From assembly GCA_951406725.2 (NCBI GenBank), contig OX597816.1:143778001-143842000 (forward strand): DNA of 64,000 bases, written 5' to 3'. Source of the DNA: Octopus vulgaris (Eukaryota). The notes under the pieces are model-generated. The model was not told where the DNA came from. It searched no databases and saw only the letters and a program-made list of their open reading frames with translations. Made by a program: the position numbers and the translations under genes. Of this stretch, positions 26,061 to 40,699 are shown piece by piece. Each line of letters begins with the position of its first letter. The first letter of the stretch is position 1.

Positions 26061-26649
26061 AGTCGGCTGTTTTTGAGAACTTTCACTAAGTTTTTTCTTT
26101 TTGCATTTCAATTTGTACATCTGTACTCCCGATTGCGTACTAGCGCAAATGTAAAACGACGCCCTTTATTTTTCATTATCTGCTGATATCAAAATAAGTA
26201 GGATATTAAAAAATAAAAGTATTTTCTAGAGGGGCCATTTGTAACTCCAAGGGTCAAAAGGGGGCGTTTGACCAAAGGGGTTGAGAACCTTTGATCTAGT
26301 GAGTGGACCTGCTCTGATCCTGTGGCTATGAGCTGGAGAGAAGAGAAGGGAGGGAGCACCTATGTATGTTGCCCTTGGCGGTCAGGATAATTCCGGATCC
26401 CTGATTTCCCCCGTGTGGTACTCGCCCTTATTATCATCTATCTTTTACTTGTTTCAGTCATTAGACTGCGGTCATGCTGGGGCAGCGCCTTGAAGATGTT
26501 TTAGTCGAATGTATCGACTCCAGTATTTATTTTTTAAAAGCCTGGTACTTATTCTGCCAGTCTCTTTTTTTCTGAGCCACACCTGCGCCTTATCAGAAAA
26601 ACCTTATCATTTTTTTTTTAATTGTCATTGTTTTATTGTTTACATGTAT

Positions 26650-26768
26650 TCTGGGTTCATCCTACTGCGTGGCATCTTGGACAAGTGTCTTCTATTATAG
26701 CATCGGCTATAATAGAAACCAAAGCCTTCTGAGTGGATTTGGTAGACGGAAACTGAAAGAAGCCTATC

Positions 26769-26819
<51 letters not shown>

Positions 26820-27105
26820 TGTATGATGCATGTGTGTATGTTTGTGTGTCTGTTTGTCCTCGTCATATGTGTGTGTGTGTGCCTTTGTGTCTGTGTGTCT
26901 TTGTGTCTGTGTTTGTTCCCCGCCACCACCACTGCTTGACAACCGATGCTGGTGTGTTTACGTCCTCGTAACTTAGCGGTTCGGCAAAAGAGACCGATAG
27001 AATAACAACTAGGTTTACGAAGAATAAGTTCTGAGGTCAATTTGCTCGACTAAAGGCGGTGCTCCAGCATGGCCGCAGTCAAATGCCTGAAACAAATAAA
27101 AGAAT
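26650..27105 (+). mobile_element. SINE family B, with an inverted tail fragment at 26440-26560
   Basis: Same body, internal microsatellite and tail as the other B copies. Confidence 0.85.
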
Positions 27106-27904
27106 AAGTATATATAAATCCTCTTTGTCCCTTGTCTTTGTATTGCCTTAAATGTTTTTTTTCAGCCCTTGTGACTAACAGAGTACCAGTTCATGTTTGT
27201 GTTGTAGTTGTTGTTTAGCGTCAATTAAGAGTTCTCTCGCTATCCTTTATACCATTACTGTTCACTCGTGATAAAAAGCAATATTGGCTTAAGGTTGCTG
27301 GCTAAAATTAGTTGACTTAGCTCTATATAAAAATGCCACATTGACCAAATTTCTTCCTTTCCTTTTCTTCTTTGTCTTTCGTAGTAGATTTATTTTAGCC
27401 ATGAAGAAGATAGCTTTGGGCTAGTGGCTCCCTGTAATTTTAGAACTGGCTGGTTTCCTATAATCCTCACTTGAGTGCTCTCGGGTCATACAATCCTCCT
27501 TCTCTCGTAACCCATACTGTTATTGTTTTGTGTAACCCATACTAATATAAGTTACTTGTGAAGCCTTGTAGTAATCACTTCACCCCGTCGTTCCTACTCA
27601 GAATGTCGCCTCCCACGATATTTCTTTTTTACCTATAGCTGTCGTTAACCGCATCAATCTCATTTTTTCGGCTAGACTTAGAATCAAAGACATTCTAATT
27701 TTAAGCATATCGCCCTTTTTCAAAGTTATTGATTCATTTCAAGCTTAGTGTACATCCAATGTTAAAGTTAGGTTTTTTAAGACTAAGGTGTGAGTTGAAG
27801 ATGTTTGGCTGTTATTGCTAGATGGTCGGATAAGAGGTTGGCGTTGGTGTTAATTTTATTAGTAGTGGTGGGTGTTGTTGTAAGAGTTGTTATTGAAGTA
27901 GTAA

Positions 27905-27949
<45 letters not shown>

Positions 27950-28024
27950 CAGCAGCAGCAGCAGCTATGACACAAATGTTTTATAGCCAGCCAGCAGTTT
28001 TTGTCTTTCAATGAAAAACTATCT

Positions 28025-28071
<47 letters not shown>

Positions 28072-28821
28072 ACACGCACATAAGACTTTATTTATATAAC
28101 AAACATCAGGCCATTGTACCAGTCTATAGATTAGTTCCACTCAACCTTAGCCAATGTCTAAAACTAATCTCCATAAATTATCAGCAATACAATGTAGTTG
28201 TGGGCGGAGGATAGTGATGTTGGTGGCGGTGACAGTACCGTTGCTGTTGTTGCTAGTGGTGGTGGTGGTAGTGATGGAGGTGGTGGTGATAGCGGCTCCG
28301 GCGGTGGAGCGTAGATTCATTCATTGCTTTGTTTACGATGGCATAAAACCGCAACCTTGATATTGTCATTTAATCCCAATTTAGCTCTGATCGAGTCATA
28401 GAATCACTTGAACTACATTATCAAATGTGTACTTTTTTTTTTAATCTTAAAGACTGTGTGTTATGGCGTTTGTGAAAGATTTGGGTGTTATTTATAACTG
28501 ATCTTGTGTGGAGCTCTTTCGTTGAATGGTTCGCAACTTCGTGGTGGAGAAGGGGTAATCGATTTAATCGATTTTTGTAAATGATTGAAATAGTTTATCA
28601 AACACAGAGCCAAAATAATAATAATAAAAAAACGATATTGTTTAATGAAGTGAATCACTTCAGAATGTGTGAAAAGTTTGGAGAGACACACCTAGAAACT
28701 GGATCAGCTAGAGGTTACCAGTAACCCAAGGATTTTCTCGGAGTGTCACGTGCTTGGAAGGAACCCTACATTAAGTGCTTGAGATCTTCCAGATAGAAAC
28801 GGAAAACATGAGTAGGAATAA

Positions 28822-28915
28822 TATTGGGTTGTTCGGAAAGTTCGTGCCGATTTATAGTAGCTTATCTTTCGACTTATTTTAGAACATGGTTGAGTCCATA
28901 AAACAGGAATTTGAA
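28822..28915 (+). mobile_element. Mariner-like terminal fragment
   Basis: TA|TTGGGTTGTTCGGAAAGTTCGTGCCGATT TIR-like; ~90 bp matches 41129-41214 in reverse. Confidence 0.65.
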
Positions 28916-29329
28916 ATAGAACCAGCAATAAAGCTGAAACAGACAGAAGTTTATACCATTTAAAACTAAACTACAGAAATAAATATTTTAGAGTTTATAT
29001 ATGACATTTTCCAACTTAAAATGTTGTGAAAACCAATAACAATGCCTGAGGCACGCGATGCTAGACGACTTCACAAGGAAGGTCACTGTTGCAAAAACTG
29101 TAAGCTAGTAAAGGGTCTGTAGCATATGCTATAAAGTCCTAGATGATATAACAATACAAAAATATTGAAACAAAACTTTTGCTTACATAATAAACTATAA
29201 TTTAAAAGTTACATTTTCTAGATTTAACGCAAGCAAATCAGTTGGTGATTGTGAGAATGTCAATAGTAAGAGAAAGTTTATATTCAATGTTCTTTATAAG
29301 GAGATTGTCCACACTGTTTCAGTCCATGA

Positions 29330-31560
29330 TGACCACTGGTTCCTTTGAAACTTCTTTCAATTTTGAAAATGAACTGCCTTTACTGTAGTTGGTACCCATG
29401 AGCAACAAATAGAAGCGAAAGGTATTTTCTACATTTGGAAAATAAGGCTATAAGTGTAAAACTTTAACTTTATGTCCTTCTTGGTACTAATATGAATACC
29501 AGCTTTAAACATTTCAATGAACTGAACGAATTGTTCACCAAGACCATCTGGTCAAAATTTGATTAATCCTCTACAATCTCAGTATGTGTATATATGACTG
29601 TAATTGACGAAGGAATCCAAATGCACCATTTATTCTTTGATAAACTCTCTGACGTTTTGATTAGCTGTCAATAACGGTAAGAAATGTTCGTCCTTTAAAC
29701 TCCTAATAAAGCGTTTGAGGGTCAGCAAACTGATCAGGAGTGCTGGGGCAACTGGAAAATCATTCTATTCGTGATATCACTTGTGATTTCTTCGAGTGTG
29801 CTGTTAATAATCTTCACACTCAGTGAGAACTTCGACATTTTGCTCAGTGCCTGAAAAAATAAACCGCATGATTTTTGATTACATCTGTACATGGGTTCGT
29901 AGAGTGCACAAACTGGGTTCAAGTCTTGATCTCTGAAATATTTGATCTCACAATATTGATCTCACATTCTGGTTCAAACTACTCAATGAGTTGTAATCAT
30001 TGTCTCTTCTGGTCATCGTCATTCTAAATGTCATCAAAGGCATATTTTATTGCAGAAAGTTGTTATATTTCATCTGTTATCTGAAATATACTTTACACAG
30101 TCATCAAATACTACCATCAGATAATGCAACAGAAAGGAAATACCAACGATAGGTAGAAGCAGGAAGAGGTTAACCCGACTACACAAATTCAAAAGAAAGT
30201 AATGCTTTTTGACAACATTCAGCTAAAATTTTTTGACTGTGCAAAACATGAAGTGTAATCCACAAACTAAGTGGACTCTTTAATACACATTTAAGCCACT
30301 ATATTTGTCCATCATGTTGCTGGCATTGTCATAACTTCGACCATGCCGGTCTTCTATATCGATGTCATTTTCCTTTAAAAGTTAAGTAAACTTTGACCTG
30401 TTCAGTATTATATAACTTTATATCCAAAGATTTCACAAATCTTCCATCTGGCCTGGATGACAAAACATTGTGCACCGTCAAAATCAGCTGATCCACATTA
30501 GGTATATCATGAATAGAATCACACGAAACTGCTGAATACTTGTATTTCTTTACATCACTTATAGTGTGATCCAATGCGTTGGAGTCAACCAGATTTAGGA
30601 ATGATTTAAGCTCTCTAAGTTCGTTTACTCGGATATTTATAGACGCTGTAAAAAAAAAGTTTAAAAAACAAAACAAAAAAGAAAATGCGGAAAAGAAAAA
30701 AAAAACGGGGGTTGGTTCAAACTAGGCTAGTAATTTTAACAAATCGGCGAAATTCGAAGAGAGTTAATCGTGTCATCACTACTGCGAAATGGAAGGCCTC
30801 ATTTTGCTAAAATCTTTACAACTTCAATTATTCGCTCTGGAGATACGCAACAATACTTTTGTTCAATCCTTGCTTGCATATCTTCAACCGTTAAACCTCT
30901 TTTCACTTAACTTTAATAAGCATCCTGGAAGTTTTAACCATGCATGCGAAACAAAAGATACTTCCTTTGCTCTTTGAATAGCTCAGAAAATTTATTGTAT
31001 GCTGCCTGTTTGTAGGTTTGTGTGAAATAAAATTTCTGACTCTGCCGAAGGTTCTTTTCAATGTATACAGTCACATGGATGTGGAAAGTTTAATGTGACA
31101 TTCATCCCTTCCTTTTACAAACGCAGTAATCTAATTTGTTTGGGCATATCGATATTTACATCAGTATCGTTTACTTTTTATTTGTTATTTCGTACTCGGT
31201 TGAGGCTTGACTGCTGTTGTACATCTGCTACTTTAGAATTAGCGATTCATATATCCTCAGTTTCCACTGTTATAGCACCATTACTATTTACATTAACACC
31301 AAAATATTGCCAACCTCCATATTTCTAATATCTTAAATTGGTCATCAGTGGCGTAGCTAGATTGCATGCCACCCGGGGAAACCCACAATGCTAAGAGGCT
31401 TATACAACGGACTCAAAAATGCCGCCTTTATAAATGCGTCGCCCGTGGCAGACCGCCTGTCTCGCCTCATACCCTTAGCTAGGCTACTGTTGGTCACTTC
31501 TTTTTTTACTTCCTTTCCTTAATGTTTTGCGCTTCCAGAAGTATAATGAAGTTCAGCATC
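29330..31560 (-). mobile_element. Decayed hAT transposase remnant
   Basis: ORF 30365-30676 has KYSAVSCDSIHDIPNVDQLILTVHNV...GRFVKSLDI, matching the hAT first-Asp motif (YFSxxxDxTxDxSxxDQL...ERF); Lys-rich N-terminus near 31500. Confidence 0.65.
31346..31489. mobile_element. 144-bp hAT-type MITE with 8-bp TSD
   Basis: TIRs CAGTGGCGTAGCTA / TAGCTAGGCTACTG; flanks TTGGTCAT (31338-31345) and TTGGTCAC (31490-31497). Confidence 0.85.
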
Positions 31561-34500
31561 TCTCGTTCAAGTGCTTATTGCAAGCTCAATGGAAATTTCA
31601 ATGAATATGCATAAACAAAGTTCATGTTAATAAACATGAAACGCGGTAGCAAGCCGAGGCTATACGTCAAAAGGTTGCAATTACAAAACGTATCATGTCC
31701 TAAGGTAGCAGTTTCAGAGGGTAGCGTACCTTTAGGATTATCTGAAACAGAAATTCGATAAATAAAAGTGACAGGGAAAAAAAAAAAAAACTTCCGCGCA
31801 CATTCATTAAATAAAAGCAGGTCAAATGATTTGCACAGCTGGTCTTCCAGTACCAAGAATTTTTCTTTAGACATAGGAATAAGACAAACATGTGATCACA
31901 GCTAACTTACCCAACAATGTGTAAAATGAAGTTTGCAATAACTATACATACAGTTTCAAAAGACGTTAAATTAAGGAAGCTATTTTAATTAGTCCATTCA
32001 TTCTAAATATTGATTCTCATGTAGGACTTTCCAAACTGAGAAATGTCGCAAGTCTACAAATATGAAGCCATTTGGGGTGGGGTGTGTGCTAAACAAATCC
32101 TAGAGACGCTTCGCACTTACCTGAATCGCTATAACACTTTTACGGATCCAACTGCATATATGAATTTTCGATATATGTCGATCAGCTTGGGATAGAGTAA
32201 CCGAAATGAATGTAAAGTTTCTATTATTTATTAACCTTCAGTTTGATATTTACCTACTCATTGATGTGTTTGAGAGTTAATTCTTGAAGATAGCAGCTTA
32301 CTTGTAGTAAATTATATTAGCATTTCCTTCTTTATCGTATGTTCATCCCTTACGAAAATCCAAGTAAGGTTCTCACTGCTCAAAGAACTGGAACATATGA
32401 CAAGTTTAAATATGCAACTCAATGGAGAAGGTCTTTTATTTGCAAATACTTAGCAACCGCTCATATTCCCGATATCGTCTCACCCGATGAATTTTCCTAT
32501 GTATGCTGACGTTCACAACCTTTATCTGAGGAGTTTTCAGAAATAAGAATGGTTTATAAATATTATAGACATAGTGGTTTACAGGGAAAGGGTTCATCTG
32601 TTTACATTGGTTCAGGGTGAACGTGAAAGGCTAGACTTTTCCTCAGTAGATCCTGATTTCGTTCCAAACTGGAAAAAACAAACGAAAATCTAAAATATTA
32701 AATACTACTTTAAGCGAATTAGCTAATATATAGCGTTGTTATTTAGATAATGAAAACACACATGTTAAATATTCTCTCCTGATATACAAACCTATTATAA
32801 TGCAAATTCGTTTTGCCTTCTTTTTTTTTTATATTTCTAATGTTGAAAATATGACTGCATTTATTTCAATCGATTTATCTTATAGTTTTGCTTAGTAATA
32901 TAAGATTAAAGTTGAGATTATACACATAAAGTGTTTCTTAATTGTTTAAAAATCCCGATTTGATTTAATGGTGTTGGTTAGTATTACAGTATTTAAACTA
33001 AATTTGTAGTAATTTGATACGTGCAAATGATTTTGTTTACGACAAAAATTATAATTAAGCTCGGTATTTCTATAACGTGTTTAATGTATTGAAATACAGT
33101 AACAGAATGGTAAGTCTATTAATTAGCATCCAACAAAAATTAAGTCTGCGTATTTATCATTGCCATTCCATTTTGTAATTGTAATTTGCTTAGCGTTAAC
33201 TACATTGGCGCATTTCTTTGGAAAATGCAGTGCCCTTAGCATGTGCTATTTTTGCAACTCGATTAATCCGAACTAGATGCTCTGCCTGGCAAACTCTATT
33301 TGTCAATGTCAGGTTTGTTCATGCCTGTCTTGATGCGAAAAGCTTTAGGCTCTAAATTCTATTAAACGCAGAGTTAAAGATAATCCTCAAAATACTTGAA
33401 AAGCCCAGCGTTTGTCATTAATGAAATCATCAAACATGCACAAAGCCATTGACTTCCATTTGATGTAATATATAATAGAGAGGGTAGGGAGTAGATATGT
33501 CTTCAAAGGAACTCTAATAAATTTGGATGTTGGGCCTTCAACACCAAGTGGATTCTTGAGGAAACTGTTCTTGTAATTCTAAGTGGGTGTAACCAACGCA
33601 CATCACTTAGGTGATTTATCATTGCTTGACGACTGGGTCTTGTGTAAAGAAGTGTTTGGACCAATTGGAACGCCTGCTCCTCTGTTTTCGTTTTTGTTAG
33701 GTGAGAGGTGCTGTCGGGCAGAAAGTCTGAGAATATTGTTTTTGCAGATATACTACTCCATCGATTGGGGTGTGAGGGTGGAATCCCAGGATATGATTAC
33801 TAGAGAGAGGAAGAAAAGAGATAGCGAGGTTGTGTCAACACCCAGTTGGTACTCATCTGAAAGATGAGTGGGCTGGAGCAAAGCGAAATGAAATGCCGTG
33901 GTTAAGTGTCTTCCGGTCCAGGAATTGAACCTTCGAACATATGATCATGAGTCCAATATTCTAACAAGTAGGCACCGCACCTTCACATATATTTTGCACA
34001 CAAAATGCATATGACAACATTCCATACGACTTAATATCATCATAAGATAGTAGGGTATGATTTAAGGAAGATTTGGCTGCTATCTTTGGCCGGCTGAGCG
34101 ACCGAGTGGAGGCTTCATTGTTGGCTTTTTCTGCTGTTGTTGATGATGCAGGAACTGTCGTTGTTTGTTGTCGTTCGCATCGTTTGATGCTGGTTCCACC
34201 GTCGCCAACACAGTTGCCGGCTCCATCGTCGTGATTATTTCGTCACAATTTTCATTGTCATCATTGTTATTAATATTTCCGATATCATCATAATCACCAT
34301 GTCGTTGTCATCACCGTTATCGTTACCGTTGTAATCCACCTCCTCTCACCAACCTTCAACGATAAAATGCGTTGTAACCGTCAATATTTCTCACAGACAG
34401 GGAGTTAAGTAGTTTGTAGAGAAAACATAACAGACCTCAGTACTTCACTAGTACATCAATTTATAGGCTTCAGAAGGCGGAAGAGAAATCTTGACTCAGG

Positions 34501-35102
34501 CACTATTTGAAAGTCCGGTACTGTATCGTTTCCATCATCATACTAACAACCTAAACAACAGCAACAGTAGCCGCAACAGTAGCCGCAACAGTAGAAACAG
34601 CAACAACAATAACACGAGCAATTGTGATTTAATAGTAAAGATTTTTCTGTTGGATGGAGTATAAAAGTACCCCATTTTCTCACTGATTGCATCAACAAGT
34701 AATCATCATTACATTATATTAAATTATACAATACAAAGCAAAACAATAAACAATATTAGCCATCTTATATCGTTTTCTTCCCGGTACACATGTTTCCGGT
34801 ACACATCACATATGCGGTAAATCGAGTTGCTAGAAATAAGAGTTAAATATCTTTCATATCAGACATTATAGTCTTAAATATTTATGATTCGATGGAGATG
34901 TCTAATAAGACAGAAACATGCCCAAAGTTTTGCCCCGTACATGCCAAAATGATGAATATAATATTAGTCATTGAGCTAATGTTGACTTTTCCTCACTGAA
35001 TAATCAGGATTTTTAATACTAACTACGCTAAATATACTAGCACTAAGTTAACTGTTGGACAATGTGGTGAATCATGTATAACACTGACACCATCAGGGTA
35101 TG

Positions 35103-35340
35103 AAGGCGGCAAGCTGGCAGAAACGTTAGCACCCCGGGCGAAGTACTTAGCGGTATTTCGTCTGCCGCTACGTTCTGAGTTCAAATTCTGCCGAGGTCGA
35201 CTTTGCCTTTCATCCTTTCGGAGTCGATTAAATAAGTACCAGTTACGCACTGGGGTCGATATAATTGACTTAATCCGTTTGTCTGTCCTTGTTTGTTCCC
35301 TCTGTATTTTGTCCCTTGTCGGTAGTAAAGAAATAGGTAT
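35103..35340 (+). mobile_element. SINE family A
   Basis: Full head, body and tail ending AAAGAAATAGGTA. Confidence 0.85.
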
Positions 35341-35344
35341 ACAG

Positions 35345-35617
35345 TACATGTGTTCTTCCCTTGAATGTCTTGCATTGTTGTTGCTCTTACGAAGTTCACA
35401 AAGCATGTAATGCCGAATATGCAGCTCGCTAAAATCCTTGTCTTCCACGGTCGATTAGATGGAACGTATACACACATAAAGTATATTCACATCGACGTTT
35501 GGTCGTTAACTGTATGCTGACTGGTTGATTGTAAGGAGAAATTTTTGTAAGCTGTTTGTGGTATGATATTACACTCTTTGCTTGGAAACGCGACATTACT
35601 TTTTGGTACCCCTAATA
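35345..35617 (-). mobile_element. Mariner 5' remnant
   Basis: Minus-strand end TA|TTAGGGGTACCAAAAAGTAATGTCG; N-terminus HIRHYMLCELRKSNN resembles mariner HIRHxMLYEFxKG. Confidence 0.7.
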
Positions 35618-36009
35618 CAATGGCTGAAAGAAATACGGGGTAGTCAAGGCTGGAGTACATTTTATTACTGTATTTTTTTCTTTTGTTACTGCTCTTGTTT
35701 ATTTCCAGGTCAGCTCTGACGAAGCAGGCCTGGAAATAAGCAACTACTACAGCAGCAGCAGCCGTTCAATAATTTGGACCTGGAGATCTCCATTTCCAGC
35801 GACTTCGAGGGCAAACTCCCATGGTGTCGGGCGTCAACGAAGAGCCCTCGACTACAACAAGACGACCAAAGTTTTTTTTCCCCCAAGGTCTGGGGTCTCC
35901 TGCCCCTAAGCCCCAGACCATCACCTAATCACCCTTACCCATCTTGTTGCTTAACAACAACAACAACAACAGCAGCAGCAGTAGCAGCAGCAGCAACAGC
36001 AGCAGCAGT

Positions 36010-36040
<31 letters not shown>

Positions 36041-36045
36041 GCAGC

Positions 36046-36092
<47 letters not shown>

Positions 36093-36193
36093 CGTCGATG
36101 TGAAAGTCTTTATAAAGTTATTCGATCTGCTATAAAGAACAATTTTTCTTTCTAATCAAATCCGCGAGGAACAGATTTGATAATGATGTCTCT

Positions 36194-36357
36194 TGGCGTG
36201 GCTGTGTGGTAAGAAGTTTGCTTCATAACTACATGGTTCCAGGTTCAGTCCTACTGCGTGGCACCTTGGGCAAATATCTTCTACGGTGGTCACGGGCTGA
36301 TCAAAGTCTTGTGAGTGAATTTGGTAGACGGAAACTGACAGAAGACTGTCGTATATA

Positions 36358-36400
<43 letters not shown>

Positions 36401-36632
36401 TTATGTGTGTGTATGCCTTTGTGTCTGTGTTTGTCCCCCCCACCTTTGCTTGACAACCGATGTTGATGTGTTACGTCCACATAACCTAAAGGTTCAGCAG
36501 AAGAAGCCGATAGAATAAGTACTAGGCTTACAAAGAATAAGTCCTAGGGTTGTTTTTTCTACTAAAACCCTTCAAGGCGGTGTCCCAGTATGGCCACAGT
36601 CAAATGACTGAAACAAGTAAAAGAATAAAAGA
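36194..36632 (+). mobile_element. SINE family B
   Basis: Full head, internal microsatellite, tail. Confidence 0.85.
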
Positions 36633-36955
36633 TATGATTGTTTGAAAAAGAAAATGACAGTATGATAAAAGATTATTATATGACATTGGTCTTCTCGAAC
36701 AGAGTTAACTTTGGTTTGTGACGGTCTGTTGGCAAATATGTTGCTATTATTTTCAATCTCAAATCATTTTTACACGACACCATTTATTTCTGTAGAGGAT
36801 ACAAAGGAACTGGGAATTGATGACAATCATCAATTTATAAGTATATTTCTAACATTGTTAATAAGGTATACAGTCGAATATATATTTTTTTCATTTTTAC
36901 GTAATTTAGACGACAATATATTCACTGCATCCTCTGTGTGTGAGTGTGCGTGCGT

Positions 36956-37017
<62 letters not shown>

Positions 37018-37018
<1 letters not shown>

Positions 37019-37614
37019 CACAGGATGCGGTGAATATATTGTCGTCTAAATTACGTAAAAATGAAAATAACACTGATATCTCATTTTAACAGATATATTT
37101 ACATGGCCAGATGTTGGAGGTGATGTGGTTGCAGAAATTGTCTGACAGCCATGACTGGAGTCTCCTGCTTGTGTGACATGGTGCAGAGTCCTGTTGCCAG
37201 AAATAAGGTCTTCCAGCAACCACTCTCTTGACCCATGGCATCACTACTTCCTCTAGGCACTTGATATAAGCCTCTGAGGCCGCGAAGGAAGATGATCACT
37301 CCAAACACCATGATGTTGACTGGATGTTTGATTTTTATCACTCTCGGTACATGTTTTGGGGACACAGCAAGCTAAAGGTTGTTCTGTGTGTTCACCATCT
37401 CTTCGTATTGGAGCTTCCGCTGCAAATGCCAAGCAGTATAGCATGTCATTTCCAAATTTCTGGCAGAGTGAATTGTATCGTGGTGCTGTATTTCTCACAA
37501 ACGGTGACCAACTGACCCTACTAAACTATGTAGTCGACAAAATCAAAAACAAACAATGATCATGCGTGAAATTATAAATATAAAATGGCGACAGTTTACC
37601 CCTCGCACCCTGTA
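37018..37614 (-). mobile_element. Internally deleted Tc1/mariner-superfamily element with both TIRs
   Basis: Ends TA|CAGGATGCGGTGAATATATTGTCGTC and GGCGACAGTTTACCCCTCGCACCCTG|TA; minus strand encodes KHPVNIMVFGVI and WQQDSAPCHTSR..SWLSDNF..SNIWP. Confidence 0.8.
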
Positions 37615-38292
37615 TGTATTTACATTTAAAGCCTTCAATACTAGAGATATTCAATTTCTTGTTGTGTATATAAAGCATATGAATAATGTTCTTGTTTTAA
37701 CTTCCTTTGTCTCTGTTTTCCTATTTTCTGGTCTTCGTATCTCACTGGCAACAGAGACGGTAGTTAAAAATGTTCAAAAAAGTTTCGGTAAACTTCTTGG
37801 TTTCAAAACATAAGCAACGCTGAGAAAAATTGAAATTTCCTGTTGGAAATAGAGATCAAGGTTCCTCGACAAAATATAGCTAATTAAGTCAGTTTTTCTT
37901 TATCTGGCAACTAACTCTCTTTCGTCAAATAGCATATACACATTTTATTCACAAATACAAATTGATACGTTCATTCACGTACTCACTAATCTTTGTTCTC
38001 ATATCTTTATCAACCATGACACAGAGATATACGACACATTGTCCTTGGATAATAAAGTTTTTGATAATGAGAATAGTAGTCAATTTCAAAATCCCTTGAG
38101 TTGACTAAACTTCAACATATATATTTCAACAACAAATATGTAATATTGACTTAAATTTGCACCTATTACAATGTTAATTTCTTAAGTCTGTTACTTTTAA
38201 AGCATAATCTGCTGTTTATTAGGAAAATTTGCAATTAATGTTGTTTCTTTTTCTGGTTTTACAATATTGTACACGTTTTTAATATTATTTTA

Positions 38293-38740
38293 AGGCGGCG
38301 AGCAGGCAGAATCGTCCGCACGCCGGACAAACCGCTTAGCGGCATTTCGTCCATCTTGATTTGAGTTAAAATCCTCTCAAGTTCGGCTTTGTCTTTCATC
38401 CTTTCGGGGTCGATAAAATAAGTATCAGTTGAGCACCGGGTCAATTTAATCGACTTGTCTCCACCCCCAAAATTGTTGGCTTTGTGCCAAAATTTGAAGC
38501 CAATGTTACTATTATAAATAAGGCAGCGGCAGGCAGAATCGTCCGCACGTCGGAGAAAATGTTTAGCGGCATTTCGCCCGTTTTTACGTTCTGAGTTCAA
38601 ATTCTGGCGAGGTCGATTCTATTTTTTATCCTTTCGGGGTCGATAAAATAATTATCAGTTGAACACTGGGGTCGATATAATCGACTAGGCACCACCCCTC
38701 AAAAATCTCAGACCTTGAGCCTATAGTAGAAAGGATTATT
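38293..38740 (+). mobile_element. Two adjacent SINE family A copies
   Basis: Heads at 38293 and 38521, each with body and tail. Confidence 0.8.
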
Positions 38741-39679
38741 TCAAATCATTGAGGTTTACATGCCAAGATCTCAGATAGAATCTTTAATTTTTTCTCTGAC
38801 TTTCTCCTATAAAATATTCAGTTTTACATGACATTGTAGAGAAGAGCCATTTAACCATCTTAACTCACACAAAACTGTTATATGTAGTTTTTATTTATCT
38901 CATAAACAAATATAATAGCTTTTGCATGATTTGAAATGGCAGAGCGGTTGTTCCATGATGTAATTGTTATAATTTCAATACATAGTACCTAATCAAATTA
39001 CTTACAAAGAAAGTACAACTCCGAAACTATTAAGTTTATATAATTCAGTAAAATAATAATAAAAAAACGTCCCCAAACAAACCGGATTAATACAACTACA
39101 TAAATAACAAATGTAGGAACAAACGAAATAAACATGACCTTAATTTTGTACGAATAATGGAAACAGTTGAGAAGGGAATGTTTCGGATATACAATAAAAA
39201 CAACATACATCAATATCAAAAGTTACCACGACCACATCGACAACAACGACGACGAAAATTAACAAAAATAGAACCAAATGGGGGTTATCATCATTTTCAT
39301 CAGTGCACTCGATGACCGACCGCCACTGTCAAATAGTACATATTATTCCACCAACGCAGTTATAAATAGAGAGAGAGAAAAAAAACTACCATAAGAACCG
39401 TTACGACGACGACGACGACGAACAAATAAGAAAAATAAAAAGCGATCAGAGTAACAAATAAAACAGAGTTACTCCAGACAAGATTTGTTTATTTTTCCTG
39501 AAGAAAAACAGCACTCCTAGCCCAATTACACAAAATGATGGAATTCCAAGGAGCTGGCGCGTTTTAGGTCAAAATTAGCAAAATGGAATAAATAAAAACA
39601 ACGTATGTGGATGCGTGCGCGAGCACGTACACACACCCCACAACACACACATACCACAACACACACACACGACAACAAA

Positions 39680-39714
<35 letters not shown>

Positions 39715-39717
39715 GAC

Positions 39718-39763
<46 letters not shown>

Positions 39764-40402
39764 TACACATGCACTTGCGAGACATGTCCGAGGACTTGTG
39801 TGGCTTGTTTCAAGTTGAACTGATAACATTTGAAATACTAAGTTAGTTTATACTAAATTATATCGTAACTATTTGTTTTTAATTAAAACAAGTGTACAGT
39901 TGACAGAAAACACACAAAATGTGTGTATGTATGTGCGTATATATATATGTATGTGTATATGCATATATATGTTTGTGTGTTCGTGTATTATGTAAATATG
40001 TGTATATATGTGTATATATGCATATATAAGTATATATATATGAGTGTGTGTGTTTATATATATATATATATATGCACGCACATACATACTCTTTTACGAT
40101 TTTACTTGTCTCTGTCATTGGTTGCGGTCGTACTGAATGAAGCATCATCTTGTAGAGTTAGTCGAACACTTCAACTACGGTTCTTATCTTAAGTTTAGTA
40201 CTTATTCAGTCGGTCTCTTTTGTCAAAGCACAATTAAGCAGATGAAAAATATTTCCAAAATGTGATGTAGAGTACATATATATTTAATCAAGTCAGGTGT
40301 CGATTGGAGATCCTGACAAGTTTGGAAACAGCCGTGGGCCATATTCAACCTTCTTCTAGTTCACACTCTCCCTCTCATATATATACATACAGATATATAC
40401 AT

Positions 40403-40487
<85 letters not shown>

Positions 40488-40699
40488 TAGACAGAGATAG
40501 AGAGATAGATCGCTATAGCTCTTGGATTTGCATTGTGAGAATTTTAGAATTTTGATCTGGAAGAGACATATTAACAAATCCAACCAATAAACAAATTCAA
40601 CGCTGTTATTCACTGCTCTCTGTCTGCCTGTCTCTGTCTATGTCTCTGTCTACCTCTCTCTCTCTCATAGAAGTATAGATACTTCTTGTAAAATGCATG

